Shown: positions 13,287 to 24,293 of the stretch, one piece after another
Layout of the letters: every line of letters starts with the position of its first letter
How positions within the stretch are numbered: the stretch's first letter is position 1
Assembly (NCBI GenBank): GCA_002633005.1
Contig: NMRA01000026.1
Location: 1,446,710 to 1,510,709, forward strand
DNA length: 64,000 nt
Direction of reading: 5' to 3'
Source: Phoronis australis
Lineage: Eukaryota; Animalia; Phoronida
Notes under the pieces: model-generated
Databases searched by the model: none
Told to the model about the DNA's origin: nothing
The model's input: only the letters and a program-made list of their open reading frames with translations
Position numbers and translations under genes: made by a program

Positions 13287-13650
13287 TTGAATGTTCATGT
13301 ATTCTTGTTGTACTTGAATGTTCATGTATTGTAGTTGTACTTGAATGTTCATGTATTCTTGTTGTGCTTTAATGTTCATGTATTCTAGTTGTACGTGAAT
13401 GTTCATGTATTCTAGTTGTACTTTAATGTTCAAGTATTTTTGTTGTACTTGAATGTTCATGTATTCTAGTTGTATGTGAATATTCATGTATTATAGTTGT
13501 ATTTGAATTTTCATGTATTCTTGTTGTACTTGAATATTCGTGTATTTTAGTTGTACTTGAATGTTCATGTATTCTTGTTGTACGTGAATGTTCATGTATT
13601 CTAGTTGTACTTGAGTGCACGTGTGTTCTAGTTGTACCTGAATGTTCACA
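13287..13650. repeat. Minisatellite, 27-bp unit, about 13 copies
   Basis: Consensus TGAATGTTCATGTATTCTAGTTGTACT. It produces the repetitive MNIQVQLEY shadow ORFs. Confidence 0.95.
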
Positions 13651-13691
13651 TAATCCAGCTTATTGATCTTATGAACTATTCTTTATTGTAG

Positions 13692-13752
13692 GAATTGTAT
13701 ATAAGACAACCACAATTTTACTTGATGGGAAGAGAGTCAAATTGCAGCTATG
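13692..13752 (+). CDS. RAB40: RAB40-family GTPase, coding exon 2 (exon 1 is upstream of the window)
   Basis: tag|GA ATT GTA TAT AAG ACA ACC ACA...CTA TG|gtaagt gives (G)IVYKTTTILLDGKRVKLQLW. 61 bp with canonical splice sites. Confidence 0.93.
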
Positions 13753-13785
13753 GTAAGTAGCAGAATCCAGTTTACAAGTGGTGTC

Positions 13786-14024
13786 CATGCGCGCACCCAG
13801 GGTGGGCTCAAATAAGCCCCCCCATTTGGCGAAGTGGGCAAAAAGGTCCGCCTCTGAGCGACAAAAAGTTCGAGAAAATGATACATAAGTCCATTAAACA
13901 TGCGCAAACGCATAATTCACAGTGGTGCTCCTGTTTTTTTTTAGTCCGCCCACTTTTTTGTTTCCAGGAGGTCCACAAAGTCAGGAATTCGAGCCCCCCA
14001 TATTGAAGGCTGGGTGCGCGCATG
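13786..14024. mobile_element. hAT5-like MITE with 5-bp TSD
   Basis: Perfect 15-bp TIR CATGCGCGCACCCAG, with GTGTC duplicated at 13781-13785 and 14025-14029. A one-ended copy lies at about 32910-32972. Confidence 0.8.
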
Positions 14025-15907
14025 GTGTCATGTTGGAAATTTCCAATCCAACATGTCTTGTCATATTTTCCTTCCTTTCTGTAATACCAAAGCACAACTA
14101 AACAGCTAGATCATATGGGTCAATATATCTCCTACTCTATTCCTTTTTACTCAGTGCATAGATAATGTGGCTTGGTTTTAGTTCCACCTATTGCAGAGTC
14201 GTAACAGTTTCTACCCTTCGTTAAATTAAAAACTGGTATTTAATAAAACAATTGACCTGGTGACTGTAAATGTGAATAAAGCCTCATTTTTACTCATGTT
14301 GGCGCTATACAAACCCCAAGAAATTATAATTGTGACACCAAAAGTTGACTCACGGGCCTGTATTTTGAAAATTGGGTGATGCAGGTCTATAGGCATACGT
14401 TTGGAGTCCTGTTAAGGCAGGGTTCTCCCGAGTGAACATTTAAACAGGGTGCTAATTGGTGCTTCAGAATTTTCGCATCCTAGTCTTCATTTCTGTTGAT
14501 TGACAGTAATAACTATAGTTATTTCTACTTTTCATAGGCTGAGCATGTCGCTATCACTTTTACTGCAAATTAATTAAAAATAAGTATGGTTATTATATCA
14601 GTTTTTGGTGACAACATTGATAAAAATGAAAGTACAAAACTTTTTGCGACAACGTTCATTTTCAATGGGAAAGCATAATTCCCAGACTTAAAACAGCCAT
14701 CACAACTCCCCAAAATGTGTGGTTTAACCTGCAGAGTTGCACACTTCCCTGCAATGGGAAAGGTAAACTCCACTCCAATGGTATTCAATCAAGAGTGTAA
14801 ATCAACTATGCCACTTGGTATTTAATGCCTGGAACTAGCAGAATTTCCAGTGTCACTACCGGAGAGGAGTAAGTGGGACAGGTATGGGGAGTTGTCAAGG
14901 AGATGCAAAGGAATTGCTGTAGACTGAAGTTTTGCTATTGGGAAGCAACATTCGTTTTAGAGGTGATGTGCGGTACTGTGGTGTACTTAGGAACAATTTA
15001 TTTGTTGTGTAGTCTCTGATGATGCTTGACTGAAGTTAGGAAAACTTCTGACAGCAGTGCTTGATGCTTAGCTTGATGGCAAGTCACATTTGGCAACTTG
15101 GCAAAAATCCCAGGTCGCCTATCGAAACCTGAGATCACCAAAACTTACGTCAAAAGCGTCAACTAAAAAACATACAAAAAGGTCTTGTCATACTCCGTTC
15201 TCAGAAACTTACGTATGTACGCATACCTCTTCAATTTCTCCACGTAAAAAATATGTAACATTCAATCCTTTAAGGGTATCTCAAATCTTATTCATAAAAA
15301 TTGGCCATTTACAATATTTGACATTTCAAACAAAATACCTTATCTTAATTCTTGGGGAACTTCAAATACGAAATGTATACCATGTTGTGAGAAAAAAGAT
15401 TTAGGAGAACCACCTTGGAACCGCACGACCGCGTGGACATTTGTTTACTACTTATACGAGGTCAAAGGTTACAAGACTTACTCAAATTGAATCTCCCACC
15501 AGGTGTAGAGCTCCGTCGTATGTACCCTCAGCCCTTTCTTTCATGGAGTTGTCATATTATTGAGTCAACAAGGTGTACATATGATAGAATGGTGCCGGGG
15601 AAAACAAAGCCAAAACTGCAGTTTTGATTCTGAGGGAGTTGTGCGTCTACATGCATACAACCAATGAGAACAACTGCTCCGAGTCTCCTCACGCTTCTGT
15701 GACTGTGGTCACGAACACAGCAAGTTGTGAAAAGGGATAAATCCTCGCCCAAACTCCTTAATTCAATAGGTAATTTGACATTTCGCTGTTTTGATCTCAT
15801 GCTAACAACATGCTTTAACCACCATTTCTTACTTTATTTTGTATCAGTCTCCGGGCGCGGGCTGTGTTTAACAATGAACTGTTGACCTACTTTTCGTTGA
15901 TCCCACC

Positions 15908-16384
15908 GAGGCCTTTATCCAGGGTGTCCAAAATGGGGTTCCCAATATTCCAGGGCGTCCATGATTCCGACGCATAACCCCCCCACCCTCAGCAATCCCC
16001 CCAAACACAGATTTTTTTTACAAAAAATGTACAGACCAATGTTTTTACATCTAAGTTTACAAAACAGCCTTCTGTAGTGAGCATTTTTACTAAAAAAACT
16101 GTAGACCAAGAAGATTTTACAATGCTATCAACCAAGTGTGAGCATAGCAACATTGTATATACTTTGTATGTACATTGTATATTTCTTCCTGGTTTGAAAA
16201 AAGAGCCCCCACTGTGAGCCTTCAGAGGCTTCCTAGTGTTCATTACAATGTGTGAGTCCAAACTTGAAAGGTTCCTATTGACAGTGGGCGTCCAAATGAT
16301 ACTTTGGGCGTCCTTGTCAGGGTGCTTAGATTAGTGGTAGGGCCTCCATTTGGACGCCCAGGAAGTACGCTGCATAAAGGCCTG
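15908..16384. mobile_element. hAT MITE with 8-bp TSD, nested in the Kolobok-like element
   Basis: TIRs (G/C)AGGCCTTTAT..CAG and CTGCATAAAGGCCTG. TSD ATCCCACC at 15900-15907 and 16385-16392. A partial copy lies at 27018-27226. Confidence 0.85.
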
Positions 16385-16514
16385 ATCCCACCTCTCGGCT
16401 AGGGACGGTAAAAAGAATTAACGTTTTAGGGATAATTAAGTTAATTGTGCATTACAAATTCAATTCACATTGCCAGTGAATGTTGCAATAGCTGACATGG
16501 TTAAGGCATGTATA

Positions 16515-16780
16515 CTGTATTCACCCTAATANCTAAAATAAGCCCACGAAAGTATATGCAAAAAATGCCTCACCTACAGTTTTAAAATTCTACAGTAATG
16601 TCTTCAATTTATCAATAAGATCAAACAGTCCTGAAAAAAATCATTGTGCACGGAGTTTGCTGACCACGAGCCTCGCCACTGTGTCAGTATTTAGCCGTGA
16701 CTATACACTTCAAACTTCCGCCGTGTTTCAAAAAGAACGCAGAAGTTCTGCTGATCTTACGAGGAACGTGTCCCATACGG
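16515..16780. mobile_element. Tc1/mariner (pogo-like) MITE with TA TSD, nested in the Kolobok-like element
   Basis: TA-CTGTAT...ATACGG-TA. It is absent at the homologous site in copy 1. A second copy lies at about 18350-18630. Confidence 0.75.
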
Positions 16781-18349
16781 TAAGCTATATTGACCGAAAA
16801 CAAGTTTTCACCAAATGATTAACTGAAGATGTTGAGATTTTTACTCATCCCAGTTTAATCAGCTTTTTCTCAGTTTCGGCAAATTGACTTTTTTGAACTT
16901 AGGAACACTAGTTCTCGAAAACGGCTTGGTGGATTTTGCCAAAATTTTCCATCAATTTCAAAAACGCTGTTAGGATTCTCAATGTAAAGGCCTAGTAATG
17001 TAACAAAGATGAATATGACTGCTGTTTTTTACAAAAGTACCTTATGTTTTGCAAGCTGATTTGCCTTGGAAATCAAACTAAGAGACTAATGGAAAATTGC
17101 TAACAGTGTTTTTGAGGTAATTGAAGTTTTCATTTAAAAGGGTTTCATTAAAATCGACCGAGGCGCTATTTTGCTATGAATGACGCTTTTTTAAAAATGA
17201 AATTTTGAATTAAAAAGGGTGTTAATGTAATAATAATAATGGCACATTAATATAAATGTTTTTATAATCCCTGATCTTTTTTCTTTCAGAAAATACATAT
17301 ATTAGATATGAGTTAGAATGGAAGCCACTAAATAAGGTTTGAGATAACCTAAACTCAATTTCTCCTGCCAATAAAGTTAGAATGCAGACGATCGCATACA
17401 CTGGAGGCACGTGTTTCACCAATCTTACCCGAGTTTTGCCGACCTGCTTTTTTTGCCTAATCAAGCTCTAAACAGTTTCATATTTGTATTTTTACATGAA
17501 AAGTTCTGTTGTTTCATTTCTATTTTGTAGCACTATGCAACACAATTTCAATCATTTGTACTGAAAAGCAGAAGAAATCAAGCTTTGCAAACAAGATTTC
17601 AAACATGACTCAATATTTCCAAACCGTTTCAAACTTGATGCAGGAGCATGTTTGAATGCTTATAGGGAGCACACTGTTCAGTAGCTGATAACCCCTGCCC
17701 TTCATATCCACCTCCCCCTTGTATGTTTGTGCAGCTGTGAATCTTGTGGTGTGCCTACTCTTGTGTCTATTTCAAATTTTCTTCTGCAAAAGAGGGCGCT
17801 GTTGTATTCATGGGTGTTCACATGTGTTGAGTAGGACCTTCTGCTGGTGAACTGGACTCAAGTGGAATATTAGGTCAAGGAACATGTCCTTTGGTGTGCC
17901 CCTGTCTAAGTAATGGCTAGAAGGTGTTGCAGCACATTCATGTTCCTGAGCAGTGCAGCATGTGTTGGTTTAAACACAACCACCCATAATGCTGAATAGC
18001 TGATCAGAGAAAATACCATAAAGCTTAATTACCTTCTAGACAACTGAGAGGAACAAGTACAAAGGGGCTCGCTTTTAGTTTTCACGTATTTGCTGCTGGG
18101 AAATTCGGATACCTATCTCCAGAAGGTCAGCACAACCAATACCCACTTGTTTAGAGAGTGCAAAAGGGGATATTTGTGTGAGGGGGTCTTCTATGAAAAA
18201 GTCTCCCTTTTGTTTGTTCCCAGAACGTAACATTTTGTCGTCATTGCAATTGAATAGCCCATTTGTTGAATTAAAATTGAAGTTGAAATTCAATAAACAA
18301 TCCTTGTACAGTAGTCTTTTTAACCCAATTAACTAATCTAATGAAATAC

Positions 18350-18630
18350 TTAACATATTTGCCCTAATAAGCGCCCCCACGTGTTTTCAGACTCTGCTAA
18401 AATAAGCGCCCAGCCCATTAACATATGCATACATGCGAAAACTGTCTTACCTACAGTTCTAAAATTCTATAGTGACGTCTTAAATTTATCAATAATATCC
18501 TGAAAAAATTATTGTGCGCGGACTTTGTTGACCACGAGCCTCGCCGCTGTGTTGGTGTTCAGCCGTGACTATACACTTCAAATTGCCGCAAAAGTTTTGC
18601 TGATCTTGCGAGGAACGTGTCCTACTATGG
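18350..18630. mobile_element. Second copy of the pogo-like MITE at 16515-16780
   Basis: Shares CCTACAGTT..AAAATTCTA, GACCACGAGCCTCGCC, AGCCGTGACTATACACTTCAAA and GAGGAACGTGTCC with that copy. Confidence 0.75.
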
Positions 18631-18811
18631 TCAGGCCTTTCAAAACAGACGCAGCGTACCAGATTATAATGTATCTTCCCCTTATACTGAGATCTTCTCT
18701 CACAGGAATCCAGATTTTTTTTTGTACAGGTGAAAACCGCGAATCGACGACTAGTCAAAAAAAAAACTTGACCAGTGTTAAAAGCATTTGGCCAGGAAGC
18801 GAGTGCTACAT

Positions 18812-19309
18812 CAGGGCTTGGAATTTTCCGCGGAAACGCGGATTTCCGCTTTTTTGAAATGTGCTTTCCGCTTTTTTTATAATATTTCCGCGTAAAAAAA
18901 TCGAATTTGATATGAAATTTCCGCGGCAAATTCCTTTCTTACCGCGGCGTTGCAGACGACGTTCACCTCGGAAAGCGGAAGTCTTTATGTTTGGGAGGAA
19001 CGTAAATTGTCAACATTGCCGGGGCATCTGGGTAAAGCGTGGTCTGATTTTCGATGGCGGCTCATGTTATTGTTAAGCGCTGCGACAAATACTACCACTC
19101 TGCAGCCAAATTTGTGTGGGTTGGGAGTGGACGGGCGGGCGAAAAGGACGCAGACGCATGCTACTGATGGTGGTAACGTTTTTTTTTTCTAGTCCTCCCG
19201 ATTTTTGTCGCGGAAAGGTTCACATTGACCATTTCAAAGGCTGGTTATCGGGCATGACGTGGGCCGTAAAAGTTTCCGCGTTTTTTGTCATTGGTCATTC
19301 CAAGCCCTG
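18812..19309. mobile_element. hAT5-like MITE with 5-bp TSD, CpG-rich
   Basis: Perfect 13-bp TIR CAGGGCTTGGAAT / ATTCCAAGCCCTG. TACAT is duplicated at 18807-18811 and 19310-19314. TTCCGCG subterminal repeats are present. Confidence 0.85.
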
Positions 19310-19329
19310 TACATACATGTAGGCCTGCT

Positions 19330-19493
19330 ACTGGGGCACGTGAACTCTGATGACACGCACACGCTAGCTCACTCGGCACACACCTGCAGACGAACTTCAA
19401 AACAAATGTCACGTGACAACATGTGTGTTCGTCCATGTTTTTCTTGTGTTGCGGGGTGCGGTTTGGCNTTGTATTTGACACAAATATGTGAGT
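19330..19493 (+). promoter_or_regulatory. Putative promoter and non-coding first exon of the nested NAT gene
   Basis: CpG-rich patch with E-boxes GCACGTGA (about 19337) and palindromic TGTCACGTGACA (19407-19418). A consensus donor GTGAGT at 19488 could splice to the acceptor at 20364-20365. Confidence 0.45.
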
Positions 19494-20378
19494 AATTACA
19501 TTTATTTGGCAATAAAGTGCTCTCTGCTTCTCATGATCAAGTAGTCGATGGATTGACGGCGAAAGCCGCGCGAAATTAGACTTTCGGATTTAGCTCGGGA
19601 GCGTCTGTCAAAACCCGTATGCGAAGACCGTCTGCCATGACATCACGGAATTAGGTCCTTGAATTTGTGATTTTGGCATTCTTTTGGCATTTTTGTCACC
19701 AAATTACCACTTGAAGGCAATTTGAAGAGATCGAATGAAAGAAAGTATTCTAAGAGTTGTTCGATGCTAGTTTCGTGGAGTTCCATGCACATTTGAGTAG
19801 AAAATTCTGAGCAAACAGATTTCGAGTGTCCAACCTTTATGTTTTCTTATATATATTATTGACTGACGTCATTTGCGATAAACCCAAGCGCCTGTGCATA
19901 AAGCATGCCCAAACCAGAACTGGGATTTTCATTTTTTTGATTTTTCTTTAAATTAGATGTCATTTGTGGGCTTTTGAATAACTGAGTGTGTGGGTTTAAT
20001 GCGACTTGAAGTAGGAATATTTTACTAACACTGCAGGATCAACATTCTGTCTGTCCAATAAAATGCCCACTCACTCATGTCCTCAGTGTTTCTATTCCTG
20101 TACTTTGTGATACTGCTTGCTGTTTATACTCATTCCTTGCTGTCATTAAGACAAACTCTATAGCTCTCTTATTGCTTATTTGGAGTTGACTTTTCTGTGT
20201 GTTGTTCACTTTCCATTTTAAACTAGGACATAGGGAATATGTGGAACAGCGTTTGTTGTTTTGTTATGATCATAGCATAGATACATGTCACTGACTTCAC
20301 ATTGAGGTGTGTTCAGATAAGGACTGAAGGTCAACATACCGTAGTGCACCCTGTTACTTATGCAGTGTCAGCAACAAC

Positions 20379-21251
20379 ATGGCCATGCAGCTATCTGAGC
20401 ATGAAGTCAGTTATTTCTTGAAGGTCATCGGTATCACTTATGAAGATGGTTTGAATTTGGACAAGGCTGTATTTCTGAAGCAGATAATAACATCATTCGG
20501 TCAATCCATTCCATTTACCAACTTGAATCTACTGTTGATTCCCAAGGAGGAGAGGTGTGTGCCAACATGGGACAACATCAAAGCGAACATAATGAGCCAG
20601 CAAGGTGGAATGTGTTATGAGCTAAACACATTCATGTGTGCACTACTGTCACAACTGGGCTTCCATGCCTATTGCACTGTGGCGCGCCGGTTGAAGTATG
20701 AATATCCATCTCACGTGATAGTTATTGTAAAGGATCTTCAAGAAATGGGAGACACCTTGTTGGTAGATGTCGGATGTGGCCGGCCCACTTTTGATGCATT
20801 CCCTTTGGATTTTGAAGTTGAATCGATGCCCTATCACCACAACTATGTGACGTGTAAATATGTCAAAGTGGGTGAACATTACGTTCGGCAACAGCTCGAG
20901 ATGAAGACAGATTCAGGTTTTGAAGAGGAGCATTGGGTAGACGCTTATACTTTTAACCTGGACGCATACTCTATTGAGGAGCTAGCTGCTGTGCTTAATA
21001 AGTCGGTGTATATGTACAATGCTAATTTGGCTATCCACCATGGTGTTCGTGCATTTCTTAGCTATCCTGGAGTGTCTCGTGCATTCAAAGCAACAACTGA
21101 CGGAGTGTTAGTGTATGAGGCTGATTCTGGAGAAAACTTCCTCAGAAAACGCGTAGTAAATTCAGTGGCTGAATTAAACACGTTTGTTAAAGAATACTTT
21201 CCATTTTTTTCTTGGTTAAGTCTAGAATGTGTCTTGAATAAAGAACAGTAG
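20379..21251 (+). CDS. Arylamine N-acetyltransferase-like protein (290 aa, single coding exon), nested in RAB40 intron 2
   Basis: NAT motifs IPFTNL, GGMC79YELN, SH112VIVIV and LVD130VGCG give an intact Cys-His-Asp triad. Typical NAT length, with aacATGG start context. Confidence 0.92.
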   Translation: MAMQLSEHEVSYFLKVIGITYEDGLNLDKAVFLKQIITSFGQSIPFTNLNLLLIPKEERCVPTWDNIKANIMSQQGGMCYELNTFMCALLSQLGFHAYCTVARRLKYEYPSHVIVIVKDLQEMGDTLLVDVGCGRPTFDAFPLDFEVESMPYHHNYVTCKYVKVGEHYVRQQLEMKTDSGFEEEHWVDAYTFNLDAYSIEELAAVLNKSVYMYNANLAIHHGVRAFLSYPGVSRAFKATTDGVLVYEADSGENFLRKRVVNSVAELNTFVKEYFPFFSWLSLECVLNKEQ

Positions 21252-21879
21252 TTTATCTGTCATTCTTTGTTCATAAACTGACATGTTTTTGTCCAGATGT
21301 AATTCAGTATTGACACTGTAACATTCAGTCAATCTGATTGAGTGGACGTTGGGTCGTTCCTTTCCAGTAATTATTTTTACCTTGGTAACACCATGACAAA
21401 TATAACCATGTATTTTTATCAAATGTATCTTCCATGATCATTCTGAATATCAACGTGTGCTAACAAAGCAGTACAACTCATTCACGCTTCAAAACCCTAG
21501 TTCACCAGAGGGGATAGTTGCCTGTTTTTGGTTGAGGGGGGACATCCTTCCTGATCACCACCAATTCCACCCCCATGTGTCCACCCCTCATTAGCTATGT
21601 CACAAGTAGCTAAGAGTAGTGTCTTGCATAAGTGCTACAAACTTTGTGGGGTATTTTTATCATTGGAATCTTTCGGCCTGATGGGGAGAATTTCATTTGG
21701 CAATGGTTTCGATATTTGGCCCTAAAATAAAGGCATCGTGGGCCCTGAGCTTTTTTTCCTGAGTCAGTTCCGTATCTTTGTGATAGACATCATTCCGGTT
21801 ATGTTTACTCCAGTCCACTCACTGAATTCTGACACGGTGACTTTTTCCGCTGAACATGGTTTTTACAGTTCTACCACTA

Positions 21880-22125
21880 ACCCATATGCATGTAGACGCA
21901 CACCTCCTCAGGATCAAAAATACATTTTGTCTTTGTTTTCCCCGGCACCATTCCATCATATGTACACCTTGTTGACTCAATATTATGGCGATCCAGTGAA
22001 TGAAGGGACTGAGATAGCCTTAAGGATATCTCAAACCTTATTCACAAAAATTGGCCATTTTTACCGTACAATATTTCACGTGTCTAGCAAAATACCTTAT
22101 CTTCATTCTCGGGAAACTTCATTCG
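21880..22125. mobile_element. Rearranged fragments of Kolobok-like family A
   Basis: 21880-22000 matches about 11255-11370. From 22021, TTAAGGATATCTCAAACCTTATTCACAAAAATTGGCC matches the terminus at 15270. Confidence 0.7.
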
Positions 22126-24293
22126 TGTGCATTTTGGGAGGTTTTTAAACAAAATTAAGCGAAATGAATCCCTGTAACTACACATCGTATTCCTGTACAA
22201 AGTGTCTCTGTGGTTCTAGACATCAGTGATTAATATTCAACCGATGACCTCTTTATCCATTTCAAAGCAGAAGACATGAGACCCTATTTATTAGAAAAAT
22301 ATCAATTTCTAATGTCAATTTCTAATGGCTATTTACTTCCAAGTAGATCAAATCTAAAATCAAATTAAATCTAAATCAAGTTTGCAGCAGCCAATTAAGC
22401 TGTGGTAGCAATCAATAAACTTCTTCGTCTGTAGTGTAATCCTGTGAAATTAGAAATATTCAAGAGAAAACGGTTTTAAGGATGCATTAAGTTCAAAATA
22501 CACTGGACAAATTATGACAGAACTCTGCAAAGTTTGTAAAAACATCTTGCCAGAATTATTTGGGAGTGTAGTTGAAATTTTGTTGCAGTAAAATTGCATT
22601 TTTGTCAAACTTTGTCTGAGTTTAATATATGTATAATGCATAGGTATTAACTATGTAACGGCAGTGCTCGATTTAGGGTTCTGCAGCTTGCTAATATAAC
22701 TTCAGATTGCTTTTAGTGACTTGGGAAAAATGTGAAGTTGCCACAAAGTCGCCTCAGCGAGTGTCAAAGTCGGACAATAATTCACCCGCACTTTATTTCA
22801 AAGTTTGTGATGGCTTCTGAACTTAAAATTACCAAAAGTTTTCCTCGATTTAATACCTTTGGTTCACAATTATTCTTGAAATAAGTGCATTTGCCATCCT
22901 CAGCAGGTAGAACTTACTATCAAATGCACTTAAATTACTACAGAAAGTAAACAGATATTTTGTTGGTAAGAAGGATAGAGTTGGAGATTGAATGGTGCAT
23001 ATTTATGGGAAAACGTAATTGTTATGCACTTGCATATTTATAAGTGGGTGCACATTGTCGTAATCTCTGTTAGGGCTTCTGCCGTGCGCTGCGGTAATCC
23101 TAAATTCCTTTCAGGAGGTTATTGAAATTTTGCTGATGTGTTCCTGTGCGGTTGATGACAGATGACGAGTTAAGGACCAATCTAAATACCACTGTGTCCC
23201 CTAGTGGTAGTTTTAACTTTTTACGTTTGCCTCTGTATCTTCAGAGTTCCTTGGTAGATTTTCATGAAATAGGCAAATTGGTTTTAATAAGGAGGCGATG
23301 ATGCTATTCCTTTTCTGGTGGCCATTTAGTAATTTTGCATTGTGTTTTTGAGGGCTGCCTCACGATCTCCCAAACCTCTCAAACTGGTTTTGAAAACATA
23401 AATGAACTACTGTGGTGCTTTACATGGTTGTTGGCAGTGACTGTTATTGTTATAGTTGACCAGTGTTTACGTATCTACCTTTTAGGTAACATAATAGGAG
23501 ACAATTTTTGGCTTGTTTTGGGATGGGAAAATAAAATTTGCCATGACGAATTAGTTTAGAGTTAAATTGGTATACATTTGCTCACTTTCAGTATTAATGT
23601 TTCAGCCATGGAACATTTTTGCACCTGTAAAATCTCATCATTTTGGTAAAATCAAGTTAACAACATTTGTGTTTTTTTTTTTCATTTTTCTTTGAAAGCT
23701 TGAATCTGTTCGTATGGTAAATGCCCACAATTTCTCTGAACATTGTGTGGTGGTGACTTTGGATAAAACATAAAATGACAAATTTGGCACTACTTGTCTT
23801 TTATGAAACAGTAAAAGTAAAATTTCACGCATTCGTCATATTAAACCCTTAGTTGGTAATACTTTGTAGCTCCATCGTGTTGCCTCTTGGTTCAAGTGTC
23901 ATAAAAGCTATGACAATAACCTTTATGCAGAACTTAGATAATAAAATAAATCGTACCATTTTCAAAAAGGCTCGTCACAAACTATTATGGAAACTTGGGC
24001 ATGAAAATAATTTATGGCTGTGTCTCTAAATTCCATATACCATCCTCTTAACCCTAGCCATGCACCATCAGACACCACACACCCATAGTACAAATCCCCA
24101 GATCCTTAACTCTGCATGTACCCAAATGCTCCTGCGTGGGTATCAAACTTGCTTGTCAGAATCACGTGACATTTTGTGACTAGTTTTTCCACGTGATCAC
24201 ACATTATTCAGATTGCTCAGTAATGGAAATCTGCGCTAAGTCTAAATATTTCAAGGTTTTTTATGTCATACAAAACTAACTGTTGAATACTTA

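Larger units (their letters stand above)
15274..17349. mobile_element. Kolobok-like element, family A copy 2 (inverted), carrying two nested insertions
   Basis: TTAA-GGGTATCTCAAATCTTATT ... AATAAGGTTTGAGATAACC-TAAA. It is colinear with the reverse complement of 10292-11641, and both copies give a MEPHDRVDICL shadow ORF. Confidence 0.85.

Noticed and set aside
13179-13620. Repetitive ORFs (MNIQVQLEY)n and (HSSTTRIHE)n
   Set aside because: Translation artefacts of the 27-bp minisatellite, antisense within an intron.
11211-15627. Paired MEPHDRVDICL ORFs at 11211-11498 and 15415-15627 looking like paralogous genes
   Set aside because: Both lie in copies of one non-autonomous transposon, start with TTG, and are frameshifted relative to each other.
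18489-18929. 146-aa and 110-aa overlapping ORFs
   Set aside because: They span two different MITEs and show no recognisable domain.
20379-21251. NAT as bacterial contamination or recent horizontal transfer
   Set aside because: It is embedded in host intron with host-like composition, a Kozak-like start and an upstream splice acceptor. NAT-like genes occur in animals, so HGT cannot be claimed without a phylogeny.
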